This document shows, one piece after another, positions 63,887 through 64,000 of a stretch of DNA of 64,000 nt. The stretch's first letter is position 1; each line of letters begins with the position of its first letter. The notes beneath the pieces were generated by a model. It saw only the letters and a list, made by a program, of their open reading frames with translations. It searched no databases and was not told the origin of the DNA. The stretch comes from Patescibacteria group bacterium (GTDB taxonomy: Bacteria; Patescibacteriota; Microgenomatia; Levybacterales; UBA12049): assembly GCA_041743715.1 (NCBI GenBank), contig JBGTMH010000032.1:131-64130 (forward strand), read 5' to 3'. The translations under genes were made by a program, and so were the position numbers.

Positions 63887-64000
63887 ATGTGGCTCTTCTT
63901 TGCATTTCTTGCAGGAGTATTTTTTACCATCCAAGGATTAGTAACCCGGCATGTTTTGAAAGGGGAGAAAGATGCTTGGGCATTTTCGTTTTATTTCAGT
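63887..64000 (+). CDS. 5' end of a membrane protein (possibly EamA/DMT-like), truncated by the window edge
   Basis: The ATG at 63887 gives MWLFFAFLAGVFFTIQGLVTRHVLKGEKDAWAFSFYFS. The product is hydrophobic and the frame is open to the window end. Confidence 0.3.
   Translation, partial: MWLFFAFLAGVFFTIQGLVTRHVLKGEKDAWAFSFYFS

Noticed and set aside
1-64000. Alternative genetic code (UGA recoding, as in some CPR lineages)
   Set aside because: TGA terminates well-defined genes at the expected lengths (rnpA, yidD, the HNH ORF). Conserved proteins read through intact under the standard code.

Overview
AT-rich, gene-dense bacterial chromosomal window using the standard code (TGA is an ordinary stop, e.g. 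rnpA, yidD, the HNH ORF). I infer a Candidate Phyla Radiation / Patescibacteria-type genome from gene content: short ValRS, DUF4012 protein, SBBP-repeat surface protein, small GIY-YIG ORFs beside tRNAs, many PT-rich linkers, and a monoderm-style T4SS-like locus. No search was run to confirm this. Layout: (1) 0-22 kb is housekeeping and envelope: glpX-pgk, corA-like, class A PBP, rpe, rpiB, a 924-aa SBBP-repeat protein, a TMTC-like glycosyltransferase, and a SpoIID-like protein. (2) 22.0-23.0 kb holds smpB plus a tmRNA that is absent from the ORF track. (3) 24.9-28.0 kb is a tRNA island with 7 intact tRNAs (five class II Ser-type, one of which reads as anticodon ACU, and two Arg) plus one truncated Arg-like fragment. 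An HNH ORF and a GIY-YIG ORF sit inside this island. (4) 28.1-46.6 kb is an ~18.5 kb type IV secretion-like locus. It contains a VirB6-like polytopic protein, a 999-aa orphan, an AAA-like/OmpR-wHTH regulator, three VirB2/TrbC-like pilins, a PrgI/VirB3-like protein, a VirB4 ATPase and an SLT-like protein. It also has three tandem paralogs of an unknown bitopic protein plus NlpC/P60 and LAS-type murein hydrolases. I see no coupling protein, relaxase or integrase. (5) 46.6-51.4 kb is the origin neighbourhood: dnaN, dnaA, DnaA boxes, and rpmH-rnpA-yidD-yidC-jag. (6) 51-64 kb has an O-antigen-ligase-like protein, NUDIX, EEP nuclease, DUF4012, an IMPase-family phosphatase next to a second pgk, a second AAA-like/wHTH regulator and valS. 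The best leads are the T4SS-like locus itself, a tandem hydrolase-cassette duplication that copied the dnaN 3' end, two repeat-motif arrays inside the locus, and the nuclease-invaded tRNA island. All alignments and RNA folds were done by eye, so coordinates of RNA genes and motifs should be re-derived computationally.
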